This document shows, in pieces, positions 56,501 through 64,000 of a DNA stretch of 64,000 nucleotides. Position 1 is the first letter of the stretch, and each line of letters opens with the position of its first letter. The notes below the pieces were generated by a model that worked only from the letters and a program-made list of their open reading frames with translations, searched no databases and was not told where the DNA came from. The stretch is taken from positions 1 to 64,000 of IMG/VR virus record IMGVR_UViG_3300043446_005775. One strand, written 5' to 3'. The position numbers and the translations under genes were made by a program. The DNA is from a virus.

Positions 56501-56706
56501 ACTCCGGCGGGTCTGTCTCGTCGTCCGCGCAAACAAAAAAATTGCTGGAAGCGAAGCAAGACTCAGGCAATGGCGGAGGAAGCAAGGAGGTATCAGGTAA
56601 AATAATTGTTGAATTCGTTTCGGATGGACAGAAAGTGGGTGAAGCTGAACTCAAGTTCAACGGACCTGATCAAAGAGTATCAATCAATCCGCGACAAAGA
56701 AGATAA
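53566..56706 (+). CDS. Tape measure protein with C-terminal lysozyme-like (VgrG3-C-type) peptidoglycan hydrolase
   Basis: Ala/Gln-rich helical body; LGKVAAMFESGG..STG.GD.GGKSFGAFQ at ~55850-55950; two VGE.GPE.F.P motifs. Confidence 0.85.
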   Translation: MATPKGVPARASTAQVARNLATDVMYTGARKVAESSALTPGQVDAQIREGSTISRQQDYDVGSFSRQLKDLGTSLESLNKSFINASKGLNATTQENITMMKIAMRNVGNDRNAIGNAAAAAQSTLSTAYYGGMNRGQAMQNIEALSQSGVLGSGSRATGGTAMSIQSYNTAFTAASAASGGFGTRADQYGMTATAMLNNMAQRGAQGISGSQVTTTLGAINLAAQQNNNAMLHNVAPGAYAKAEQSMMAGATQANPMLMAGFSKARSGIQRRNQESLDAAESEAAKIEAQIASTTDEARKSELQSQLTAKKDEAKTFRTRLDTLSAARKAGPMGVQAYMETGDIEANAEIIQGQMRQFMGKRGGDPTGMSARAIMARSQIAQANGLTMQEVTSMLQTQAALPQVKARQAEAAQYMSTEYQDIGKTYKSGGKTVTRTAEAANQIQEAFQGTFRSGTFEDFRRSALNTTEQTGQSAKFKTSLQRDLDAIAANSTLDDKGKLDAARAITKRAINEGSGGEIFQASSTGVAANKLQEGQAGAVQLDNAFKSAGKSMNDMAKASIQYADDIAKAAGAMPKGDRSTGTMQSAAADASAAAVDAATKAATAASSAASSAPDAVSAFLFTPSPGPGGATKGGTGKPSTTGKPSTTGKPSTASPDNPAAIPDQPQKGSEFGGPVFRGLSGIVGERGPEIFTPKQDGFITTNKDSSSISDLFKSSLSAINRAFTGGLSKSMKDKPPSTPMPAGASVDGSTAPVGGGDDGKDFLGKVAAMFESGGDPGRVSTGQGDAGGKSFGAFQLSSKTGSLEAFLKQTGYIKNFEGMNLKNPGKDVEAQWKKLAENPDFVKAQSGYAKEKYYDPYLAMLKKNGIDLSGKGRAVDEMILSTANQYGAGSSVLLNAFKGKNVAQMSPEEIITTAQKYKADSTETYFSSSSENVRAGVKNRIAKEQAMLLGMTKRAEGGDIVRGEPTLVGEKGPEMFVPNSGGSVSSSAQTKKLLEAKQDSGNGGGSKEVSGKIIVEFVSDGQKVGEAELKFNGPDQRVSINPRQRR
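55468..55521 (+). repeat. Perfect 18-bp tandem repeat x3 (TGKPST)
   Basis: actggcaagccctccacc three times, in a linker of the tape measure gene. Confidence 0.95.
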
Positions 56707-56718
56707 CTGGAGGCGACC

Positions 56719-59061
56719 GTGAGTAGCCAATCGGCAAGTGTATCGCCTCTTCTGCAAAGAATACAGATCGGCAAATATGACATCAGTGATTTCGTGATGA
56801 GTTGCGAAGTCATGAAGTCCTTGAAGGAGCCTGCTGGGTTTTTCAGCATGACTCTCCGGCCCGAAATCATTGACAATGGTATTGTGGATTTCAACGACCT
56901 TCATGTCAACGACTTCGTGGAAATTCGTGTCGGAAGATTTGTCGTGCAGACATCCGGGGGCATGGATGCGCCAATTGTCATGCGCGGCATGGTTGATGCC
57001 ATCGAGATATCCGAAAGCTACAGTCAGGGACTTGATGGAACGCCACAAAGAACAGTGAGCGTAAGCGGACGCGATCTTTCCAAGCTTATCATTGACAAAT
57101 CACTTTGGATTCCACAAGAACAGTTTGCGGATTATTCCGTTGACAGATCCCAGCTTATTCTTGATTTGCAGGGCAAATTATTGGATTCCCCGAAAACTGA
57201 CGGGGCTTTCCAGGAATTGAAGCCGTGGATTGAAAGCATCATGAAGGATGTGTTCACGGATCCCCTTGTCGGATTTGATGTTGGGAATACCATAAATTTT
57301 GCCATTGATGTCAATCTGCCAAAGAATTCGCTTAATCAAGAGCGCGTAAAGGCACTGACCTCATTTACCTTAAGTAGTTCAAAGGGAACACTTTTCAACT
57401 ACATTGATTCCTACATCACCCGTCCATTCATGGAAATGTTCATTGAGGACTATGAAACGGAAACAAGGCTCAAGATTCGATGGGCCCCATTCAGGGACAG
57501 GAATGGAGATTTCCCATATCAGGCGCTTGAGCATATGGGAGCAGCAAATCCGGATGGCACCATGAACGACAACGCAGGAAGCGCACGATTCTGGTGGGAC
57601 ACCAAACGTGACCCCTCTGTGATCGAAATAGGCTCGAATGAGATCGTGCAAAAAAGCATCCGGCGGCACTCAGGGGATGTCTATACCTATTTTTTCACAA
57701 CATGGAGTGGATTCAAATCTGCTGATCCAGCGGCAGGAGATCGACCGTTATGGGACAGTGCCGAGAAACCAGTAGTCCAGGAGCCGGAAACTGCCATGCT
57801 CGGCCCGAAAAAATACCTGAACATGAATCCCCGTTTCAATCCTCAATATGATTTCGTCGGAATCAAGCGTTTCGGATTGAAGCCGCTGGTGGTTCCGATT
57901 CCATTCTGGACACAAGATGATCAGGAAGAAACAGGAAGTACCACTACGACAAGCCGCACTGTGGCGGTAGTTGACACAACGCGCACCATGACCACGGGAG
58001 GCTCCGATTCCACAGCAGTCAGCAAGTCTCTCAGATCCGCAGAAGAGGCAATAGCGTGGGCTCGGGCACAGCCATCATCGGACTACGTCAAGATAGAAGG
58101 TGGCCAAACAGTTACCTATTGTGAGATGTTCACAAGAAAAGCATACAATAGTTCGATCCTGTATCCCACCGCATGGGCAAATGCATCAAGAAACAGGACA
58201 TCGGGATCCCTTTCTGATGCAAAAATTGGCAGCTTGATATTTTTCAAGCAAGACAAATCCAACGGGAATGCCGGACATGTGGCGCTGATCACCAGAATTG
58301 AGGAAAAGGCATCGGGCGCCAAATTATATTACATGCTTGGCGCAGTCAACTCAGGACTCAAGGAAGAACCGGTAAACTCATCCTCGAACCCCTATTGGGT
58401 GAAGCTGTTCTATGGGATTGGATCAGCAGAAAAGTCCTATGGTGCGGGGGCAACCACGATTTCAGAAGTCACATCAACCATCACTCCTGTCACGGAGGAG
58501 GATGCGTCGGGAAAACCCACGACAACGCGGACAGTGATCGTGGACAAGGTTACGGCAGAAAAGCCATCAGATGAGATTTCTGCGCTCCTTGACGACTGCA
58601 ATCAATGGATGTATGACACCCTAAGGCAAATGGACAAGGTTTATACTGGTAAAATGAGATTGATTGGCAATCCGTTCATAAAGATAGGAATGGAACTCGT
58701 CATCGATGATGACAAGGAACGCTCCTATTCGTCATACAAATCCACCAGCAGCAGGGTATCAACAAATTCGGCAGTAGAATCTGCAGTAGGCAGCGAGATA
58801 CTTCAAACTGGAATTGACAGGAGAGAACGTTACTACATAGAATCCGTTCATCATTCCTGGAGTGTCTTTCCATCCCCGAATTTCATGACTGAAGTTGGAC
58901 TGACCCGAGGCATTTTTGTCAATGGATCAAGCAACGTTCTCCCTGCTGGTGATGAAGGTGGTTTTGCGGCGACGCATACCAAGTGGGGAACTGAAACATC
59001 AACACGCTTGACGGATGCAGAAATGGCGGCCATAAACGGAATAGAAGTTGTGGAAAGCTGA
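56719..59061 (+). CDS. Baseplate hub / tail lysin with inserted CHAP-NlpC/P60 domain
   Basis: Hub-like N-terminus (FSMTL..VMRGMVD..VSGRDLSK..RPFMEMFIED) and C-terminus (GNPFIKIG..YYIESVHHSW..LTRG); insert AIAWARAQ..YCEMF..GSLIFF..AGHVAL at ~58040-58430. Confidence 0.85.
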   Translation: MSSQSASVSPLLQRIQIGKYDISDFVMSCEVMKSLKEPAGFFSMTLRPEIIDNGIVDFNDLHVNDFVEIRVGRFVVQTSGGMDAPIVMRGMVDAIEISESYSQGLDGTPQRTVSVSGRDLSKLIIDKSLWIPQEQFADYSVDRSQLILDLQGKLLDSPKTDGAFQELKPWIESIMKDVFTDPLVGFDVGNTINFAIDVNLPKNSLNQERVKALTSFTLSSSKGTLFNYIDSYITRPFMEMFIEDYETETRLKIRWAPFRDRNGDFPYQALEHMGAANPDGTMNDNAGSARFWWDTKRDPSVIEIGSNEIVQKSIRRHSGDVYTYFFTTWSGFKSADPAAGDRPLWDSAEKPVVQEPETAMLGPKKYLNMNPRFNPQYDFVGIKRFGLKPLVVPIPFWTQDDQEETGSTTTTSRTVAVVDTTRTMTTGGSDSTAVSKSLRSAEEAIAWARAQPSSDYVKIEGGQTVTYCEMFTRKAYNSSILYPTAWANASRNRTSGSLSDAKIGSLIFFKQDKSNGNAGHVALITRIEEKASGAKLYYMLGAVNSGLKEEPVNSSSNPYWVKLFYGIGSAEKSYGAGATTISEVTSTITPVTEEDASGKPTTTRTVIVDKVTAEKPSDEISALLDDCNQWMYDTLRQMDKVYTGKMRLIGNPFIKIGMELVIDDDKERSYSSYKSTSSRVSTNSAVESAVGSEILQTGIDRRERYYIESVHHSWSVFPSPNFMTEVGLTRGIFVNGSSNVLPAGDEGGFAATHTKWGTETSTRLTDAEMAAINGIEVVES

Positions 59062-59067
59062 AAAAGC

Positions 59068-62000
59068 ATGAGCGTCAGAGGAATTTCGTTTGCTGATTCC
59101 GCGCTCGGTGGACAATCAGCACTTGCAAGCATAGGGGAAAGGTCTCCTTTTCAGGACAATACGCCCTCCCTTATTTTTGCAAAGGTAGTATCCGTCAATT
59201 ATGACGCACATACCATAAATTGCGTAGGGCTTTCCCAGCAACGAAGCAAGAGATTTGACAACGTCCCGGTATTGTCATCTGCATTCACGAATAAGCATGG
59301 CACAACAAATCTTCCAGTCATCTCCGCTCCTGCAGGCAGCACGGATCTCGAAAAGACTCGGCTCGAAGATGATAATTCTGCATTGGCAGCCATTGCCTTT
59401 TTTGAGAACACTGCGTCGAAACCAGTCTGCATTGGATTTGTGTATCCAAGCGGAGATGGAGAGGTGCTTTTTGCCGAAGAAGGACTCTCCATTGATCGCC
59501 ACAACAGTAACGTGTATGAGCGATTGGACAGGAAGGGAAACTGGGAATTCGTTTTCCCTGACTCGACATTCCTGAAAATAGCACGAACGGACGAACTTTC
59601 GGAAATAACCGATCTGACGGGCAAGAACGCATCTGGCAACGCCTCTGACAACGCCAGGAGAAAATGGCAGATAGATTATGATCATGATCGATCAATAATC
59701 CTTTCGCATGCATATGGCGCACGTATGACGCTTGGGCAGACAGGTCTCAGGATCACTACGTCAACGCTGAACAAGAATGCAAATCCCGACACTGGCGAAG
59801 CAATAAAATCCCAGAACCTTTCATGGTCATTCCAATCAGACGGAACCATCACTTCAAACTTCACTTCCCTCAGTTTTGTCACGAACATTGGCACAGTATT
59901 TTCCATTGATCAATATGGATCACTGTTTACCAACTCGCCCGTAAGCATTGACAACACGTTTGTTGTGTCAGGAACAACAAACCTTCCCTACGAAACGTAT
60001 GTGGATGGCAAACGCATCGACTTGCTGATTTCGGAAATTGCTCAGTGGTACACCAACAATCATCGGCATACGTACACCGATACATATGACAATGGAGGAG
60101 ATACCCGGTGGACAGACTCTACCGAGATCACTTCATCCCTGACGATTCTTCCCTCTACCCCGGCAACAACGGGCGCGGCAGGAGAAACAACCACAGGAGC
60201 GGACACTGGTGCCACGACAACAGCGGCTGCGGTGGCGGGAGCAACTGGCGCTGCCCTCGCCACCGGCATAGACCCGTCCAAGATATTCATCGGCGTATCA
60301 AGCTCCGTTGGCGAGTCGGAGTTTGCCGCGCGAGCCGACCACTCGCACGGTCTTGATACACCACAAACGCCAACGCCACTGTCGTTGCTCGTCGAGGGGC
60401 TCATCGGGCAAAGTGCACTTGCTGCCCGAAGCGATCACCGGCACCAACTCCTTGATGTTGCCGGACTGAAAATAAATAATTCTTTCACCCAACTCAACAC
60501 ATTCCAGGCGGGGCTTTCAGCCACATCACCAGGATTGACCGGTGCATCGCGATGGATGGGCGCAACCACATCAGGGGCGCCACAATCCGGCTCGTACAAG
60601 AAAGGAGACTTCGTCGTTGACCAGACTGGGTCATTCTGGATATGCACTGCCGATGGATCACAAGGAACGTGGCTGCAAATTGGCGGGACAAAGTACGGTA
60701 CATCTTCCCTGTCAACCGGCGCAGTGAACCTTCCCGGAACCAGCCTGTTCCTTTCTCGACAGGATCATGTGCACTCCGTGGGCGCTGCCACCGTGGGGAC
60801 CGTGGCAATCGTCAATGGATCGGTAACGCCGGAAAAGCTATCGTTCACTGCCGCAACGCAAGCGGACCTGAACGCACACACGTCAAGTCTGCATCTTTCC
60901 ATCGGAACAACCGATAGCACCGCCGCTGCCGGAAACCACACACACACCTTGCAATCGTTCGTTGTCATTGGCGGCGAGACCTCCATGTTGTCCGCATCGG
61001 CAGTCACCATTGGCGGAGCGCCATTGACACTCAGGAACTACGCGTCAACAGGGTCTTTGGTGATTTCCCAGTCGGGAATCCTCACCCTTGCCGGAACCGA
61101 GATCAATCTTGACGCTTCAAGCGTGAAGATCAATGGAGTCTCCATACAGAACCTTGCAGGAATTTCCCCGGGAGGCGGAACAACAGGGATCGTCTCTTCC
61201 CAGTCTGCTTCGGAATATACCTACACCCTCCGGGCAATCACGACAAATGACACGACATCCGTGACATTGACCACGAACTCTTCCTCTCCATCGTCAACAA
61301 ACATGATTCTCGTGACTGCCGGAGAAGTGTGGTCCTATCAAGTCATCCTTACCGCAAATTCCTCGGCAGGAACATCCGTGGGAAGATGGACGGCCAATGG
61401 CCTGATAAAGCGAGGGGCAACCATCGCATCCACGACACTCGTGAACGATCCCGGCATAGAAGGGTTTTTTGAACCGGCGCTGGAAAACTGCATCATTTCC
61501 ATTTCGGCCGAAAATACTACCTATGGAGCGCTGGCAATAGCGGTCACCGGCATGGCCAGCACATCGATTGCGTGGACTGCCTCCGTCAAGGTTTCCGGCA
61601 TCCAGACTCCGCTGGCATCAATACCGACGGAAACGTTCGGCTCGTCAGGATCAACCACCGGATATGGAAGATTCACTTTTGCATCAGGGAAATTCGTGAC
61701 TGATGGGGATTCGCAATATGGAGTGCAAGTCCTTCGTGGATCAACCAGTGATGATGTGCCATTGATTCTCACCTCAAATGGATTGCCCGTGTCGAATCAG
61801 AATATTCCCATTCTTTCCTCGAATTCCTCCTGGATTTTTGACATCAAGGTTGCGGCGAACTGCACAGGGTCGAAAGCGGCCCTGTGGGCATTCACCGGAT
61901 TGATTCGCAAGGCGCTGACGAACGCATCGACGTACATGGTCGGATTGATAGACAGCAAATCAACATCTGATCCGGATCTTGAGGATATTGAAATAACAAT

Positions 62001-62103
62001 AGAGGCAAACACCACCTATGGCGGCATAAATGTCCAGGTCAAGGGAATTGAATCAACCCTTCTGCATTGGGTTGCAACAGTGCAAACTACTGAAGTCATA
62101 TAA
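59068..62103 (+). CDS. Baseplate spike-like N-terminus fused to fibre/adhesin-like domains
   Basis: OB-fold-like IFAKVVSVNY..NVPVL..PVCIGF, beta-strand repeats, NHRH and four more HxH motifs, then two tandem beta-sandwich domains. Confidence 0.7.
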   Translation: MSVRGISFADSALGGQSALASIGERSPFQDNTPSLIFAKVVSVNYDAHTINCVGLSQQRSKRFDNVPVLSSAFTNKHGTTNLPVISAPAGSTDLEKTRLEDDNSALAAIAFFENTASKPVCIGFVYPSGDGEVLFAEEGLSIDRHNSNVYERLDRKGNWEFVFPDSTFLKIARTDELSEITDLTGKNASGNASDNARRKWQIDYDHDRSIILSHAYGARMTLGQTGLRITTSTLNKNANPDTGEAIKSQNLSWSFQSDGTITSNFTSLSFVTNIGTVFSIDQYGSLFTNSPVSIDNTFVVSGTTNLPYETYVDGKRIDLLISEIAQWYTNNHRHTYTDTYDNGGDTRWTDSTEITSSLTILPSTPATTGAAGETTTGADTGATTTAAAVAGATGAALATGIDPSKIFIGVSSSVGESEFAARADHSHGLDTPQTPTPLSLLVEGLIGQSALAARSDHRHQLLDVAGLKINNSFTQLNTFQAGLSATSPGLTGASRWMGATTSGAPQSGSYKKGDFVVDQTGSFWICTADGSQGTWLQIGGTKYGTSSLSTGAVNLPGTSLFLSRQDHVHSVGAATVGTVAIVNGSVTPEKLSFTAATQADLNAHTSSLHLSIGTTDSTAAAGNHTHTLQSFVVIGGETSMLSASAVTIGGAPLTLRNYASTGSLVISQSGILTLAGTEINLDASSVKINGVSIQNLAGISPGGGTTGIVSSQSASEYTYTLRAITTNDTTSVTLTTNSSSPSSTNMILVTAGEVWSYQVILTANSSAGTSVGRWTANGLIKRGATIASTTLVNDPGIEGFFEPALENCIISISAENTTYGALAIAVTGMASTSIAWTASVKVSGIQTPLASIPTETFGSSGSTTGYGRFTFASGKFVTDGDSQYGVQVLRGSTSDDVPLILTSNGLPVSNQNIPILSSNSSWIFDIKVAANCTGSKAALWAFTGLIRKALTNASTYMVGLIDSKSTSDPDLEDIEITIEANTTYGGINVQVKGIESTLLHWVATVQTTEVI

Positions 62104-62130
62104 AATAGGTATAGTTTAACGGCGAAGGAA

Positions 62131-62787
62131 ATGCGAATGGCATACATAACAACGGGAAAATCCCAATATGTGCTGACAATTCCGTTCGGGGTTTCACAGA
62201 ATGTCTTGCCGGGAAGCTCAATTCCTGCAAGATTTGCTGGAGCAACGACAGATGGCCCTCCCACGATCAATGGGAAATACAATGTCGGCGACTTTGTCAT
62301 TGACACATCCGGGAAAATTCACATCTGCCATACTGCCGGATCCGCAAGCAGCCCTGGGTTATGGCACACGATATCCGCCAGTGGCGCATTATCTGCAAAT
62401 GATTTCGGGAAATTGCAAGCGACAACCACCGATGGAACAACAATTGTGGACATGACAAAAGACGGACTTGCAAAATCAAGCGCAAACAGCATTGTCATCC
62501 CGGTAAACACCGCTGTCATGGCGAACATCAGCATCATGGCGAATGCATCTGGGGCCTATGCCGCCATGTGGAAATTCTCAGGCCTTTTTCGCAGGCAAAC
62601 ATCCCTTGGATCTGCCACATTGGTTGGCATATCGCAGAACGAGGTCGTTGCGGATCCATATTTCAATTCCTCGTACATCGACATTGATACTGAATCGACA
62701 TTCGGTTCGATTTCGCTCAAGGTAAAAGGCCCTGACACAAGAAACATCACGTGGTCATCAACCTTTCAATTGATTGGACTTTCATGA
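62131..62787 (+). CDS. Tail fibre-associated beta protein, paralogous to parts of the upstream gene
   Basis: Shares the GATT.G.P...GDFV.D..G...IC module and the C-terminal beta domain. Confidence 0.75.
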   Translation: MRMAYITTGKSQYVLTIPFGVSQNVLPGSSIPARFAGATTDGPPTINGKYNVGDFVIDTSGKIHICHTAGSASSPGLWHTISASGALSANDFGKLQATTTDGTTIVDMTKDGLAKSSANSIVIPVNTAVMANISIMANASGAYAAMWKFSGLFRRQTSLGSATLVGISQNEVVADPYFNSSYIDIDTESTFGSISLKVKGPDTRNITWSSTFQLIGLS

Positions 62788-63218
62788 TGGTAATCATATC
62801 CGGAACATCAACCGTCATTACCGCGGCTTTATATCATCAGGAAGTTGTTTTGAAGGGTTCCACTAATGGCACAGCAACTGTTACGCTAACAACAGATGGT
62901 TCAGGATCATATGCAAAGGCATTCATACCGGAGCTGGGGAAGAGCATGGTTTGCTCAATTGGGGTTTGCGCGTCATACAACGGAATCTTCTCCGCATCAT
63001 GGTATGGAAACGTGACTTTGCGGAAAGGATCCACTCATGGAAGCCTGCAAATATCTGGATTGCAGATGAGCGAAACAACTTCAGATGCCGAGCTTGTGAG
63101 TGCACAAGTATCCTTTGATGTTGATTCGTCAAATGGTGCGCTGATCATCCAATGCACCGGGGTAACGAACATGAATCCCCTTAAATGGGTGGCGAGAATA
63201 AGCACTGTGGAGGCATAA
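62784..63218 (+). CDS. Stand-alone copy of the same beta-sandwich domain
   Basis: ATGA overlap; LKGST..TLTTDG..W..LRKG..GALIIQCTG..LKWVA. Confidence 0.75.
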   Translation: MMVIISGTSTVITAALYHQEVVLKGSTNGTATVTLTTDGSGSYAKAFIPELGKSMVCSIGVCASYNGIFSASWYGNVTLRKGSTHGSLQISGLQMSETTSDAELVSAQVSFDVDSSNGALIIQCTGVTNMNPLKWVARISTVEA

Positions 63219-63222
63219 AAAA

Positions 63223-64000
63223 ATGGCAGCAGAAATTTTCACAGCGGTAAAGCAAACAACATTCAAGGATCAGATCACCGGCGTACTCGCCAAAGGCCTT
63301 GTCGTTGGCAAGGCGACTCATGCAACCGAAAACACGGACGCTTCGGCAATGACCATCGATGCGTACACTGTTTCGGCGGCACAGTCCGGATATGCACACG
63401 GACTCTACGTCACAGGCCCTCTTGCCTCGGCTGCCTCTGCCACCACGATGGCCAATGTAATCACCACGTACATCGCTGCTCCGACAAAATCCGGATCAGC
63501 ATCAATAACCAATGCGTATGCATTGAGACTTGCCGCTCCTTCGGCAGCGGATACAGAGAATTACTCATTATGGGCAGAGGGAAGCGCAAAGATCGATGGA
63601 ACATCGATCTTGCTGGGAACAAAGACAAATAGCGTAACCACGGCAACCGTCGGCGGAGCATACACAGGCAATATCCTCAAGATTGCCAGCACCGCCGGAG
63701 GAACCATCAACCTCACAACCGATGTAACCAGCGGAACCGTGAACATTTTTGACAGCGTGACCGGTACTGCAAATATTGTCAAGGCAGCGACAACCATCAA
63801 TATCGGATCTATAACTGCTGCATCAACAATGAATTTAGGGGGCGGAAACGCAGTCGCAGCAACCCTTGTCATCGGTGGCACAGTGACCTCCAATACCCTC
63901 AAACTAAGAAGTATTAATAGTGGATCAATCAACCTGACAACGGATGCCACCACTACTGATGTCAATATCTTTACTGCCGCAACGGGTATGTTTTCGATTG
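63223..64000 (+). CDS. Tail fibre-like Thr/Gly/Ala-rich protein, runs off the right edge (absent from the ORF track)
   Basis: GGAGG then ATG GCA GCA GAA; MAAEIFTAVKQ... stays open to 64000; internal repeat GG..T.N.LK..S...G.INLTTD.T...VNIF. Confidence 0.85.
   Translation, partial: MAAEIFTAVKQTTFKDQITGVLAKGLVVGKATHATENTDASAMTIDAYTVSAAQSGYAHGLYVTGPLASAASATTMANVITTYIAAPTKSGSASITNAYALRLAAPSAADTENYSLWAEGSAKIDGTSILLGTKTNSVTTATVGGAYTGNILKIASTAGGTINLTTDVTSGTVNIFDSVTGTANIVKAATTINIGSITAASTMNLGGGNAVAATLVIGGTVTSNTLKLRSINSGSINLTTDATTTDVNIFTAATGMFSI

Noticed and set aside
53566-56706. K-S motifs in the tape measure (LNKS, AFKS, LFKS, LSKS) as support for the cargo signal
   Set aside because: They are dispersed rather than terminal and lie in a tail protein; treated as background and as a caution for the main hypothesis.
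47769-62103. Bacterial contractile injection system (eCIS/T6SS/tailocin), suggested by two tubes and a VgrG3-like domain
   Set aside because: Prohead protease, scaffold, major capsid and neck genes are in the same module, which indicates a phage virion.
1-64000. tRNA, rRNA, integrase, transposase, DGR reverse transcriptase, portal or terminase
   Set aside because: None was recognisable. Intergenic gaps are mostly too short for RNA genes, though a tRNAscan/Infernal run would be needed to exclude them.

Overview
A 64 kb piece of a large myovirus-type (contractile-tail) phage genome, with every credible gene on the + strand in the standard genetic code. From about 38 kb to the end is a virion module of SPO1/Twort (Herelleviridae-like) type: neck genes, prohead protease, acidic scaffold, major capsid protein, tail sheath, two paralogous tail tubes, a tail chaperone with a probable +1 frameshift, a tape measure with a lysozyme-like domain, a baseplate hub with a CHAP/NlpC-P60 insert, a spike-fibre fusion and fibre genes. 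The first ~38 kb, co-oriented and directly upstream of the head genes, holds giant mostly unannotatable proteins (>=3964, 4486, 1312 and 1848 aa). Their recognisable domains are a UvrD/PcrA helicase, DprA-type and YspA-type SLOG domains flanking a NADAR domain, an HD phosphohydrolase plus a degenerate PARP-like ADP-ribosyltransferase fold, and pentapeptide repeats; a separate DUF559 nuclease gene follows. Clustered hydrophobic-x-K-[S/A] motifs at the termini of these proteins also occur in the protease, scaffold and capsid propeptide. My best hypothesis (inference) is a capsid-targeted, protease-matured cargo system that injects NAD+/ADP-ribose-conflict and DNA-handling enzymes into the host. 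All domain calls are by eye from motifs; no searches were run, domain boundaries are approximate, and novelty is unverified.
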